A stretch of DNA of 15,852 bases from Candidatus Eiseniibacteriota bacterium (GCA_034440375.1 JAWXBZ010000090.1:1-15852); one strand, 5' to 3'. Counted from the stretch's first letter, positions 6,524-15,089 are shown. Translations and numbers: made by a program. Notes: a model not told the origin generated them from the letters alone.

Positions 6524-7636
6524 GTGACGTTCCCGAACATCCACATTCCACTCGTTCGAGCTATACGCATCGTTGGCGCGGGGGCGCTGGTGATCGGCCT
6601 CGACATCGTGACGGCTCATGCGGCCGGCACGCTTTCCGGCACGGCCATCGACAACCATGCCACCATCAACTACAAGGTCGGCGGACTTGATCAGACACCG
6701 GTCGACAGCGATACGGCATCGTTCGTCGTCGACAGCAAGATCGACCTGGCGGTCTCGACCAGCGACGGAGCCGCCGTCCCCGTGACGCCCGGATCGAGCG
6801 ACCAGGTCCTGACGTTTCAAGTGACCAACGAGGGAAACACCACCCGCGATTTCTCGCTGACCGCGCCGAACTCCGCCACCCCCGCTTTTGCGGAGCCGTC
6901 GGAAGACTTCGATGCCGGCAACATTCGCATTTTTGTTGACGCCAACGGCAACGGCACCTACGACTCCGGTGTTGATCTGGCCACCTACATCGACGAACTC
7001 GAGCCCGATTCGTCGGTCACGGTCTTCGTCGTCTCGAACATTCCCCTCTCCGTGGGCAATGGTGATGTGGCCTCCACGGATCTGATCGCCCAGGCCGCCA
7101 TCGGCGGTACTCCCCTTTCGCAGGGTGTTGATGTGCTGAGCGATGATTCCGGTTCGGCCGACAATCCGGCCACGGTCCAGACCGTCTTCGCGGATGGCGC
7201 GGGCTCGGCGGATCCAGCCAATGACGGTCGCCACTCTTCGAAGGATGCCTACAAGGGCCGCTCGGCGGATCTGAACGTGTCGAAGACCGCGGACGTGTCA
7301 TTCGATCCGGTCAACGGCGGCACGAACCCCAAGGCGATTCCCGGTGCCACGGTCGATTACGGCATTCAGGTGGACAACAACGGCACCGTGTCGGCCACCA
7401 ATGTGGTGGTCGTGGACGCGGTTCCGGGTTCGACCTCATTCCTGGTCGGGTCGACGGCATCCACCCCGGGCGGCACCACCATCGAGTATTCCGACGACGG
7501 CGGAGCCACGTGGAGTTACTCGCCGGTGGCGGGCGTCGATGGCTCCGATCCGAGCGTCACCCATCTGCGCGTCACGTTCGCGTCCATCGCGAACGGGGCC
7601 GGTGGCCAGGTTGATTTCCAGGTCCTGATTCTCTAG
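6524..7636 (+). CDS. Secreted DUF11-family protein C, putative major pilus subunit
   Basis: GTG start with strong RBS AAGGAG. Signal ends ...TAHA|. Mature AGTLSGTAIDNHATINY...SDTASFVVD. Middle domain has TNEGNTTRD and DANGNGTYDSGVD. C-terminal domain LNVSKTA...KAIPGATVDY...VVDAVP...QVDFQVLIL*. Paralogous to protein A. Confidence 0.88.
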   Translation: MTFPNIHIPLVRAIRIVGAGALVIGLDIVTAHAAGTLSGTAIDNHATINYKVGGLDQTPVDSDTASFVVDSKIDLAVSTSDGAAVPVTPGSSDQVLTFQVTNEGNTTRDFSLTAPNSATPAFAEPSEDFDAGNIRIFVDANGNGTYDSGVDLATYIDELEPDSSVTVFVVSNIPLSVGNGDVASTDLIAQAAIGGTPLSQGVDVLSDDSGSADNPATVQTVFADGAGSADPANDGRHSSKDAYKGRSADLNVSKTADVSFDPVNGGTNPKAIPGATVDYGIQVDNNGTVSATNVVVVDAVPGSTSFLVGSTASTPGGTTIEYSDDGGATWSYSPVAGVDGSDPSVTHLRVTFASIANGAGGQVDFQVLIL

Positions 7637-7686
7637 TTCGACGATTCAGGCCTGTGTGTTCCTGACATTCATGCTGCAGTCAATGA

Positions 7687-7725
7687 ACGCGGTGGAACTG
7701 GCGTCGGTCGCCGGTTCCACCGCGT
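7687..7725 (+). other. Strong intergenic stem-loop (mRNA stabiliser or partial terminator)
   Basis: ACGCGGTGGAACTGGCG-TCGGT-CGCCGGTTCCACCGCGT: 17-bp stem (one G.U pair) with a 5-nt loop and no U-tract. Confidence 0.75.
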
Positions 7726-7752
7726 CGTCCTGATCGAAAGACGAGGGTCTTG

Positions 7753-10700
7753 ATGGGGTGGATTCGACCGTTGCGACGAAGCCTGGCGCTGGGACTGTTG
7801 CTGGCGGCAGTTGTCGTCGGCCAGGCTCGCGGCAGCACGCCCGCCGGCACGACCATCACGAACACCGCTTTCGGGGCCTACCATCTGGTCGGAGTTGCGG
7901 ACACAGTTCGAACCCCCTCCAATTCGGTGACACTGATCACACGGGGTGGCCGCACCCCGGCCATATTGGAATTCCTGCGCCATGCGCCAGGTGCGCCGGA
8001 TGCCGAGTGGGTTCGGGTCAGCCGCATCGACACAACCCTGTCGCTGCCCCTCTTGCCGGCGGTGACCTTCTCACCGGGTGACGTTGTCGTGATGCGACTC
8101 ACCGATCGGGATCAGGACATCCAACGCAGTTCTGGTGAAACGGTCGCCGTCGAACTGGCGGTGAATCCGCTGGGTGATCACGAACTGGTTCTCCTCCACG
8201 AAACCGGTCCAGGCACCGGTGTGTTTGCCGGTTCCATGCCCAGCCGACTCGCCGCGCGCGCCATCCCGGGCAACGGCCGGCTGGAGGCGCGCACCATGGC
8301 TGAAGTCACCGGTCACTACGTCGATTTCGTCGACCCGACCGACACGGCTGCCGACATCGCCCTCTTTGCCGGCGAGGGGGCGCGGCTTCACCTGGACAAA
8401 TCGTCCGCACGGGCACGCGCCGCCATTGGCGACATCGTCGAGTACACGCTGCGCGTCGCGAATCCCGACCCATCGGAATCGGCCGAATCGGAGCGGGCGA
8501 CTTTGGTTCGCCTCGTGGATGATCTTCCCCGCGGCTTTCGCTACCGGCCGGGCACGACCCTGCGGGATGGACGACCAACCGGGAACCCCGAAATTTCCTC
8601 CGACGGCCGACAGCTTGTCTTCTCGATCGGCGACCTGGAGCCCGGTGAACCCGCTGCCATACGCTACGCAGTTGAAATCGGTGCGGGAAGCCGCTCGGGC
8701 GAAGCCATCAACTCCGCCGAGGCCGTTTCCTCCTCCGGACTGACATCGAACAGGGCCAGCGCATCGATTCTGGTCGCGGACGATTTTTTCCGCCACGGAT
8801 TCATCAGCGGCCGGGTGACCGTCGGTTCGTGCGATTCCACAGCGGTGCGAATCGGTGTTGCGGGAGTCCGGCTGTTTCTTGAAGACGGTACGTGGACGGC
8901 CACCGATGGGAACGGGCGCTACCACTTTCTGGGAGTGCCGGGCGGGATGCACGTGGTGGCATTGGATCGGGAAAGCCTGCCCCCGGGATTAATCCCCGCC
9001 GACTGTCCAACGACGCATCGGTTCGCCCGAAGTCTGGATTCGCAGTTTGTGCCGCTTTCCGAAGGGACTCTGTGGCGCGCGGATTTTCTCCTCGAACGAG
9101 GCGTTGGAGAGCGAGGCGGCACAGAGGGCGACGCTCCCGTCCATTCGGTGAGAGGTAATATTTCCGCGCACGATTCGACCCGGGCGGCGCCGAAGATGGC
9201 ACCGCCGACGGTTTTGATTGAATCATTGACTCCAGGCGACGAATGGCTCTGGCCGACCGAGGGATACAACCCTTCGATTCCAGGGCTCGCCGTCATGGTG
9301 AAGCACGCCGCCAAAGCGACAATCGAACTCACGAACAACGGCCGCGCCGTACCCGCGGTCAACCTGTCGGGAACATCCCGCAATGCCGACGGCACGGTGG
9401 CCGTTACCAACTGGGCCGGCATCGACCTGGTCATTGGTGAAAACCGGCTGGTAGTTCGCCTCGAGCAGGACGGCACCGTCACGACCTTGACTCGCACGAT
9501 TCACTACTCCGGGCCGCCGGTTGATGTATCGCTGGCAACGGGCGAATCGCGGCTGGTGGCGGATGGGCTCACCTCGCCGATCGTGGCGGTCCGCCTTGTC
9601 GATCGTGACGGACACCCCGCACGCGAACGTGTGGTCGGCACGTTTCATGTCGATCCGCCATACCGTTCCATGAGTCAGCTCGACGCGCAACGGGATAACC
9701 CTCTGGCCACGACGCCGGCACCCCAGTATCAGGTCGGACCGGACGGCATCGCCCGGATCGCGCTCGAGCCGACGCACCGGGCGGGTGAGGTCGTGCTGCG
9801 GTTTCCATTCGATGGGCGCATGAAGGAAGTGCGCGCCTGGCTTTCCCCGTCGGATCGCGGCTGGATGCTGGTGGGACTGGCCGACGGCACCGTTGGCTAC
9901 CGAACCATGTCCGACCATACCGAGTCGCTCGACGCCAACACCTCGGACGGTGATTACTACAGCAACGGCCGGCTGGCCTTCTACGCTCGCGGACGCGTCA
10001 AGGGTGAATGGCTGCTGACCCTGGCCATGGACACGAATGGGGGGCGGCCGGGTCCTTCTGCGGACCTCGACCGGGTCATCGATCCGGACAGCTACTACAC
10101 ACTCTACGGCGATGCCACCGCGCAGGATTACGATGCGCCGACATCGGGCAAAGTCTACGTGAGAATCGAACAGCGTCAGTTCTACGCCCTGTTCGGTGAC
10201 ACCGACGCGGGGCTTGCCCGGACGGAACTCAGCCGCTACAACCGACGGATCAGCGGTTTCAAGTCGGAGTACCGGGGACGACATGCCGGCTGGACGGCCT
10301 TCGCCGCCGAGTCCGAGAGCCGCTTCGTTCGCCGCGAGATTCGGGGCAACGGCACCTCCGGTCCCTACGACCTCGACCACCTGGAGATGGTGCTCAACTC
10401 TGAGCAGGTCACGATCGAAACGCGGGACCGCTTTCGGAGCGAAATCATTCTCCGCTCGGCCATCATGCATCGACATACCGACTACGACATCGATTATGCG
10501 GCCGGCACACTTTTTTTCCGTGAACCGATCTTCAGCCAGGATGCTGAATTCAACCCGATCTTCCTGGTTATCACATTCGAGTCCCGCGATCCGGAATCGA
10601 ACCGCATCCAGGCCGGTGGACGCGCGTCGCTGCATCTGGCCGGCGGAGCCGTCGAGACCGGCCTGACCGGCATCTACAATGAAGACGGCACCTCGCCGGG

Positions 10701-12312
10701 TCGACTGGCCGGTGGCGACATCCAGTGGCATGTTGACCCGATGACGACCGTTCGCGGCGAAGGGGCGTGGAGTGAGAATGGTGACGGACGGCAGGGATCG
10801 GCCTGGTTGGCCCAGCTGGAACGTCACGGCGGGCGGCTCGATGGCACCGCCTGGTTTCGACGCCAGGCAGCCGGCTTCGGCCTGGCACAACAGAATCAAA
10901 GCGAGCAGGGAATCGAGAAGTACGGCGCTGATCTGTCCTGGCATGCAACCCGGGCCGACCGCGCCACCTTGCAAGCCTGGCGCGAGCTCAACCTGTCCAG
11001 CGGGTCGCGCCGCGATGTGGGCGCGGTCGGCATTCAACATGACGCCGGACGACTGAATCTGCGCGCCGGGTTGCGGCACGCCGAGGATGATATCCCGGGC
11101 CGGCCCGAGGCCATTTCGGATCAGCTGACCGCGGGTGGTGATGTGCGTTTCTTCCGCGGCCGACTGAGCCTCAAGGCCGATCATCACCAATCGATTGGTG
11201 ATCGAGGTGCCAATGTCGACTACCCGACCCGAACCCTCCTCGGTGCCGACTGGCGCGTCATGCGAAATCTGAGCCTGATCGTGGCCCAGGAATTCACCAA
11301 CGGACCCTCGGTCGACACCCGTGCCACCCGTGTGGGCCTTACTTCGGAACCGTGGAGCGGTGGGGAAGTGGCCACCTCGCTCAGTCGCCGCGGCACGGAG
11401 GAGGGAAGCCGACTCTTCGCCAACCTGGGCCTGCACCAGAAGTGGCGCCTTTCGGATCGCTGGTTCATGGATGCTGGACTGGATCATAGCCGCACGATCG
11501 GCACGCCCGAGAGCCTCCGGGTCAACCCGGCCGCTTCTCCCGCGTCGTCCGGCGTGGCCGACTTCGTATCCGCTTCCGTAGGCGCGGCCCGCCACGGGGA
11601 CAAATGGCAGTGGAACGGGCGTGCCGAGTATTTCAATTCCAGGGGCGAGAGGCGCTGGACATTTGCCCCGAGTTTTCTCATTCAGCCCCGCGAGGCACTC
11701 GGCGTGGCCTTCGGTGGTCGGCTCTTCCTGACGCGCGGCCCGGTGGAACGGACTCGCGCCGACCTTCGTGCCAGCCTGGCCATTCGGCCGGACGATTCCC
11801 CCTGGGTGGCACTCAATCGTCTTGATCTGGTCGTGCTCGATGAGTCGGGCGGAAGCTCCGAAATCCGCGAGTGGCGCCTCATCGACAACCTTCACATCAA
11901 TCGTTCGATCGGGTCACATCTCCAGGCAACCGTTCAGTACGGCGGCAAGTACATCGAACAGACCGTGATGGGCCGGATTCTTTCCGGATATACCGACCTC
12001 TGGGGGCTCGATCTCCGCCGGGATATTGCGGATAACCTGGATGTTGGCCTGTCCGGTGGAGTCCGACACAGCTGGACACCCGGCCTCCGGGATTACCATG
12101 CCGGCGTTTCAGCCGGGTACATTCTGGCCCGCGGCGTCTGGTTGCAGGGCGGCTACAACATCACCGGGTTCGAGGACGAGGACTTCAGCGGGTCCGCGGT
12201 AACGAGTCACGGTCCCTACCTGCGACTGAGCGCCATCCTTGTCACCGATGCGCTGACCCGCCTCGGCTTCGGTGGCCATTCGAAACTACGGCGGAACGGG
12301 GGAACTCCATGA
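7753..12312 (+). CDS. Large outer-membrane protein D: donor hairpin, complete DUF11, SdrD-B-like and Ig-like domains, C-terminal beta-barrel (putative usher/anchor)
   Basis: About 1519 aa. Signal ends ...QARG|, then STPAGTTITNTA...SNSVTL. Complete DUF11: LDKSS...GDIVEYTL...VDDLP...AINSA...SNRASA. SdrD-B-like segment GVAGVRLFLEDG...TDGNGRYHF. From about 9860 it contains ~800 aa of alternating, Gly/aromatic-rich amphipathic strands ending GYNITGFEDEDFS...GPYLRL. Confidence 0.85.
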   Translation: MGWIRPLRRSLALGLLLAAVVVGQARGSTPAGTTITNTAFGAYHLVGVADTVRTPSNSVTLITRGGRTPAILEFLRHAPGAPDAEWVRVSRIDTTLSLPLLPAVTFSPGDVVVMRLTDRDQDIQRSSGETVAVELAVNPLGDHELVLLHETGPGTGVFAGSMPSRLAARAIPGNGRLEARTMAEVTGHYVDFVDPTDTAADIALFAGEGARLHLDKSSARARAAIGDIVEYTLRVANPDPSESAESERATLVRLVDDLPRGFRYRPGTTLRDGRPTGNPEISSDGRQLVFSIGDLEPGEPAAIRYAVEIGAGSRSGEAINSAEAVSSSGLTSNRASASILVADDFFRHGFISGRVTVGSCDSTAVRIGVAGVRLFLEDGTWTATDGNGRYHFLGVPGGMHVVALDRESLPPGLIPADCPTTHRFARSLDSQFVPLSEGTLWRADFLLERGVGERGGTEGDAPVHSVRGNISAHDSTRAAPKMAPPTVLIESLTPGDEWLWPTEGYNPSIPGLAVMVKHAAKATIELTNNGRAVPAVNLSGTSRNADGTVAVTNWAGIDLVIGENRLVVRLEQDGTVTTLTRTIHYSGPPVDVSLATGESRLVADGLTSPIVAVRLVDRDGHPARERVVGTFHVDPPYRSMSQLDAQRDNPLATTPAPQYQVGPDGIARIALEPTHRAGEVVLRFPFDGRMKEVRAWLSPSDRGWMLVGLADGTVGYRTMSDHTESLDANTSDGDYYSNGRLAFYARGRVKGEWLLTLAMDTNGGRPGPSADLDRVIDPDSYYTLYGDATAQDYDAPTSGKVYVRIEQRQFYALFGDTDAGLARTELSRYNRRISGFKSEYRGRHAGWTAFAAESESRFVRREIRGNGTSGPYDLDHLEMVLNSEQVTIETRDRFRSEIILRSAIMHRHTDYDIDYAAGTLFFREPIFSQDAEFNPIFLVITFESRDPESNRIQAGGRASLHLAGGAVETGLTGIYNEDGTSPGRLAGGDIQWHVDPMTTVRGEGAWSENGDGRQGSAWLAQLERHGGRLDGTAWFRRQAAGFGLAQQNQSEQGIEKYGADLSWHATRADRATLQAWRELNLSSGSRRDVGAVGIQHDAGRLNLRAGLRHAEDDIPGRPEAISDQLTAGGDVRFFRGRLSLKADHHQSIGDRGANVDYPTRTLLGADWRVMRNLSLIVAQEFTNGPSVDTRATRVGLTSEPWSGGEVATSLSRRGTEEGSRLFANLGLHQKWRLSDRWFMDAGLDHSRTIGTPESLRVNPAASPASSGVADFVSASVGAARHGDKWQWNGRAEYFNSRGERRWTFAPSFLIQPREALGVAFGGRLFLTRGPVERTRADLRASLAIRPDDSPWVALNRLDLVVLDESGGSSEIREWRLIDNLHINRSIGSHLQATVQYGGKYIEQTVMGRILSGYTDLWGLDLRRDIADNLDVGLSGGVRHSWTPGLRDYHAGVSAGYILARGVWLQGGYNITGFEDEDFSGSAVTSHGPYLRLSAILVTDALTRLGFGGHSKLRRNGGTP

Positions 12313-13949
12313 AGCCGCGGGGAACCGGCGTTGCGCTGCTGGCCGCCTGGCTGTTTTTTGGCGTTGGTTCGGCCATTGCCGTGTGTGTTTGCGGCTACGG
12401 CGACGGATTTTTTACCACGCATACAAACATCGTGATCGATGGCAGCATGGTCGACTGGGCCACGGTTCTGCTAGACACGGACAACACGTCCTGTGATGGC
12501 GCCACGCCCAATGTGCCACCCCAGCCGGATCGCGACGCGCCAGTCCAGTCGACCGGGCGCGATCTGAGTCAGTTCACCTACACATGGAACGGCACCCATG
12601 TTCAGACCCAGACCGTGAGGGCCGCCAGCTCCACCAACGTGCAACGCTTCATCTATTACGCGGATCTGGATAACGACGGTTTCATGGAAACCGGTGAGCG
12701 GGTCATCGTCGCCGGCTGGAAGGGCTCCAACCGCAACGTCGAGCTGTACCTGGGTCACTATGTGGCCAGCGCTCCCGCCGGTGATCCAATGGTCGACACG
12801 AACGGCTTTGCCGATGGTTACACCCTTCCGGGAAGGGTTCCCGACCTTCCGTCAGCCGGTCAACCCCACTACTCGGGAAACTGGGGATCGCTGGATGGCG
12901 TCTCCATGGAGTGGCGCGTGTCCTGGGCCGATGCGCCGGGAGCGCCCGGCCTTGGCGTCGCCCCCGGTTCGGCCTTCACGTTCCACGTGTCCAGCACCAA
13001 TTCCAATCCGGGGGCCGCATCCTTCCCGGACCAGGTGGACGACAACATGGCCGGATGCGGCGGTGGCGCGGCCACGACGCAGTATGCCCAACTGGACTTC
13101 TTTCCCGATCGAAGCCTCGTGACGACGGCCGGATCGGTCGTCCACGCCGCCCATCGGGTCGCGAACCTCGGAAATGGTAACGACCTCTTCGACCTGACGG
13201 CGGGAACGCCTTCGGGCGCCCATTCGCCGACCATGACTTTCCTGCGGGATGTCGATCGAAGCGGCACCTGGACGGCCGGCGACCTGGCCCTCGTCAACAC
13301 CGGCGGCGGGTCCGCGGTAGACACCGGCACGATGGCGCCGGGCGATACCCTCTGGGTTCTGATCCGTTACACCGTGGCCGGGGGTGCCACCGGAACCGCG
13401 ACGATTGTTTCCACTGCACGGTCCGGCTTCAATCCAAACCGGACCAACATCGTGACCGACACCGTGGCCATCACCCAGCTTCCCAAACTGTTGGTCACCA
13501 AGAGCTCGCAGACGATTTACGATCCGGTGGCCGGTGTCAGTGCCACGGCCAAGGCCATACCGGATGCCCGCGTGGACTACACCATTCGCATCGAGAACGA
13601 AGGGACTGGAAGCGCAGATGCCAACACGGTCACGATCACCGATCCGTTGCCGGCCACGACCCGGCTCTACGTGGGCAATCTGGGTGGAATCGGTTCGGGC
13701 CCGGTTGCCTTCACGGACGGTTCACCGGTCAGCGGGCTGGTGTACATCTTCATCAGCCTGGCCAGCCCGGTGGACAATGTGGCGTTTTCGAACGATGGCG
13801 GAGCCACGTTCACGTACACGCCATCTCCGGATATCGAAGGTTTCGACGAGTCGGTCACCCACCTGCGAATAAGCTTCCTGGGTTCGATGAATGCGGCGGC
13901 GGGGGGCAACCCGTGGGCCAGGGTCCGCTTCCGGGTGGCCGTAAGGTAG
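12309..13949 (+). CDS. Secreted DUF11-family protein E, putative tip adhesin (unique Cys-containing N-terminal domain + middle domain + incomplete DUF11)
   Basis: ATGA overlap with the D stop. Signal ends ...SAIA|VCVCG. About 230-aa unique N-domain with 4 Cys. Middle domain has ANLGNGND and DVDRSGTW. C-terminal domain LLVTKSS...KAIPDARVDY...ITDPLP...FSNDGGATF...VTHLRI...VRFRVAVR*. Confidence 0.85.
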   Translation: MKPRGTGVALLAAWLFFGVGSAIAVCVCGYGDGFFTTHTNIVIDGSMVDWATVLLDTDNTSCDGATPNVPPQPDRDAPVQSTGRDLSQFTYTWNGTHVQTQTVRAASSTNVQRFIYYADLDNDGFMETGERVIVAGWKGSNRNVELYLGHYVASAPAGDPMVDTNGFADGYTLPGRVPDLPSAGQPHYSGNWGSLDGVSMEWRVSWADAPGAPGLGVAPGSAFTFHVSSTNSNPGAASFPDQVDDNMAGCGGGAATTQYAQLDFFPDRSLVTTAGSVVHAAHRVANLGNGNDLFDLTAGTPSGAHSPTMTFLRDVDRSGTWTAGDLALVNTGGGSAVDTGTMAPGDTLWVLIRYTVAGGATGTATIVSTARSGFNPNRTNIVTDTVAITQLPKLLVTKSSQTIYDPVAGVSATAKAIPDARVDYTIRIENEGTGSADANTVTITDPLPATTRLYVGNLGGIGSGPVAFTDGSPVSGLVYIFISLASPVDNVAFSNDGGATFTYTPSPDIEGFDESVTHLRISFLGSMNAAAGGNPWARVRFRVAVR

Positions 13950-13954
13950 GAGGC

Positions 13955-14548
13955 CTATCGTCCCGGGTGTTCGACCAGGCCTAGTTCGCCCGGCGGCAGC
14001 GGCCGGGTCGGCAGCACGCCGGCGGCTTCCATTCCTTCAGCCACCTCGACAAAAAGCGCCTGCATCGTCTCGTCAGCGAGAACGATGACCACCCTGGTCA
14101 GGCTCGACTGATTGTTGAGATACCGGATAATCGTGTCGAGAATGATCTCGGCGGCCCGTCGGGGCGGGAATCCAGACTCGCCGGCCGAAATGGCCGGCAT
14201 GGCCAGACTCCGAAGGCCGTTCTGGTCGGCCACACGGAGAATTCGGTAAATGGTCGATCGGAGTTTTTCGTCTTCGTCCCCTTCACCCCAGCGTGGCCCG
14301 ACCGCGTGGATGACATGCAGCGCCTTGAGCTCGCCACCGCTGGTGATGACCGCGTCGCCGGTCGGCACGGGGGCCTTCCGGTTGCACTCGAGCTGGATCA
14401 TCTTGCCGCCCTTCTGGCGGATCAGGACGGACACGCCCGACTTGAGCACGAGCCCGGAGTTGGCGGGATTGACGATGGCGTCTTCCTCACGCTCCGTCAG
14501 GTCGCCGACGGTAATTTCGAAAGTGGCCCGATGCAGTTGGCGTTTCAT
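13955..14548 (-). CDS. Macro domain protein (MacroD/YmdB-like ADP-ribose-binding fold)
   Basis: GDLT...DAIVNPAN, GDAVITSGGELKALHVIHAVGP, SLAMPAISAG..GFP. Convergent with gene E across a 5-nt gap. Confidence 0.92.
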   Translation of the reverse strand: MKRQLHRATFEITVGDLTEREEDAIVNPANSGLVLKSGVSVLIRQKGGKMIQLECNRKAPVPTGDAVITSGGELKALHVIHAVGPRWGEGDEDEKLRSTIYRILRVADQNGLRSLAMPAISAGESGFPPRRAAEIILDTIIRYLNNQSSLTRVVIVLADETMQALFVEVAEGMEAAGVLPTRPLPPGELGLVEHPGR

Positions 14549-14626
14549 AGGGCGGAAAGCCTACCACAGCCCCGGGGCCTCGGCTATTCTAGGGTCTCCT
14601 GCCAATCACTTCCTCCTGGAGATGCC

Positions 14627-15076
14627 ATGAGCCTGCTCGAAACGCTGACGGAAGACATGAAGAACTCAATGCGCGAACGTGATGCCCTGAAGACATCCGT
14701 CCTCCGGATGGCCATCTCGGATTGCAAGTATGGCAAGGTCGAGAAGATGCGCGAGCTGACCGACGATGAGGTCGTGGCCGTCATCAAGAAAGGCATCAAG
14801 AGTCGCGAGGACTCGGTGACGCAGTACCGAAATGCCGGGCGGGACGATCTGGCCGACAAGGAAGCCACCGAGGCTCTCATTCTGAAAAAGTACGTGCCAG
14901 CAACCATGGGTGGTGCGGAGCTGGAAGCCATCGTTGTTCAGGCCATCGCCGAGACGGGCGCCGTGAGCACCAGGGACATTGGCAAGGTCATGAAAGCCGT
15001 CCTTGCCGCACACGGTGCCCGGGTCGACGGCAAGGATGTCCAGAAGCTTGCCGCGGCCCGTCTCGGCGGTGCCTGA
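14627..15076 (+). CDS. yqeY: GatB/YqeY domain protein
   Basis: ATG 14627 with RBS GGAG. 149 aa: LTEDMKNSMR...LRMAIS...KSREDSVTQYRNAGRDDLADKE...DIGKVMK...VDGK. The 256-aa ORF in the track is over-extended at its 5' end. Confidence 0.93.
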   Translation: MSLLETLTEDMKNSMRERDALKTSVLRMAISDCKYGKVEKMRELTDDEVVAVIKKGIKSREDSVTQYRNAGRDDLADKEATEALILKKYVPATMGGAELEAIVVQAIAETGAVSTRDIGKVMKAVLAAHGARVDGKDVQKLAAARLGGA

Positions 15077-15089
15077 GTTTTTGGAATTG

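Noticed and set aside
9223-11895. 890-aa antisense ORF (also 5987-7234, 3665-4594, 2886-3632, 8071-8952, 1066-1716 and similar)
   Set aside because: These are shadow ORFs opposite well-supported genes, expected from high-GC codon bias. They show no recognisable motifs.
12309-12395. Protein E as a lipoprotein (Cys just after the signal peptide)
   Set aside because: IAVC is a poor lipobox (Val at -1), while AIA| is a good signal peptidase I site. The Cys residues more likely form disulfides.
4984-13949. Assignment to known pilus classes (chaperone-usher, sortase, type IV, type V, curli)
   Set aside because: There are no LPxTG motifs or sortase, no class III signal peptides or ATPase, no lipoprotein pilins, no curli repeats, and no recognisable PapD/PapC signatures.
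4748-13954. DUF11 operon as a mobile element or genomic island
   Set aside because: I found no integrase, transposase, tRNA or flanking direct repeats, and coding GC looks similar to the neighbouring genes.
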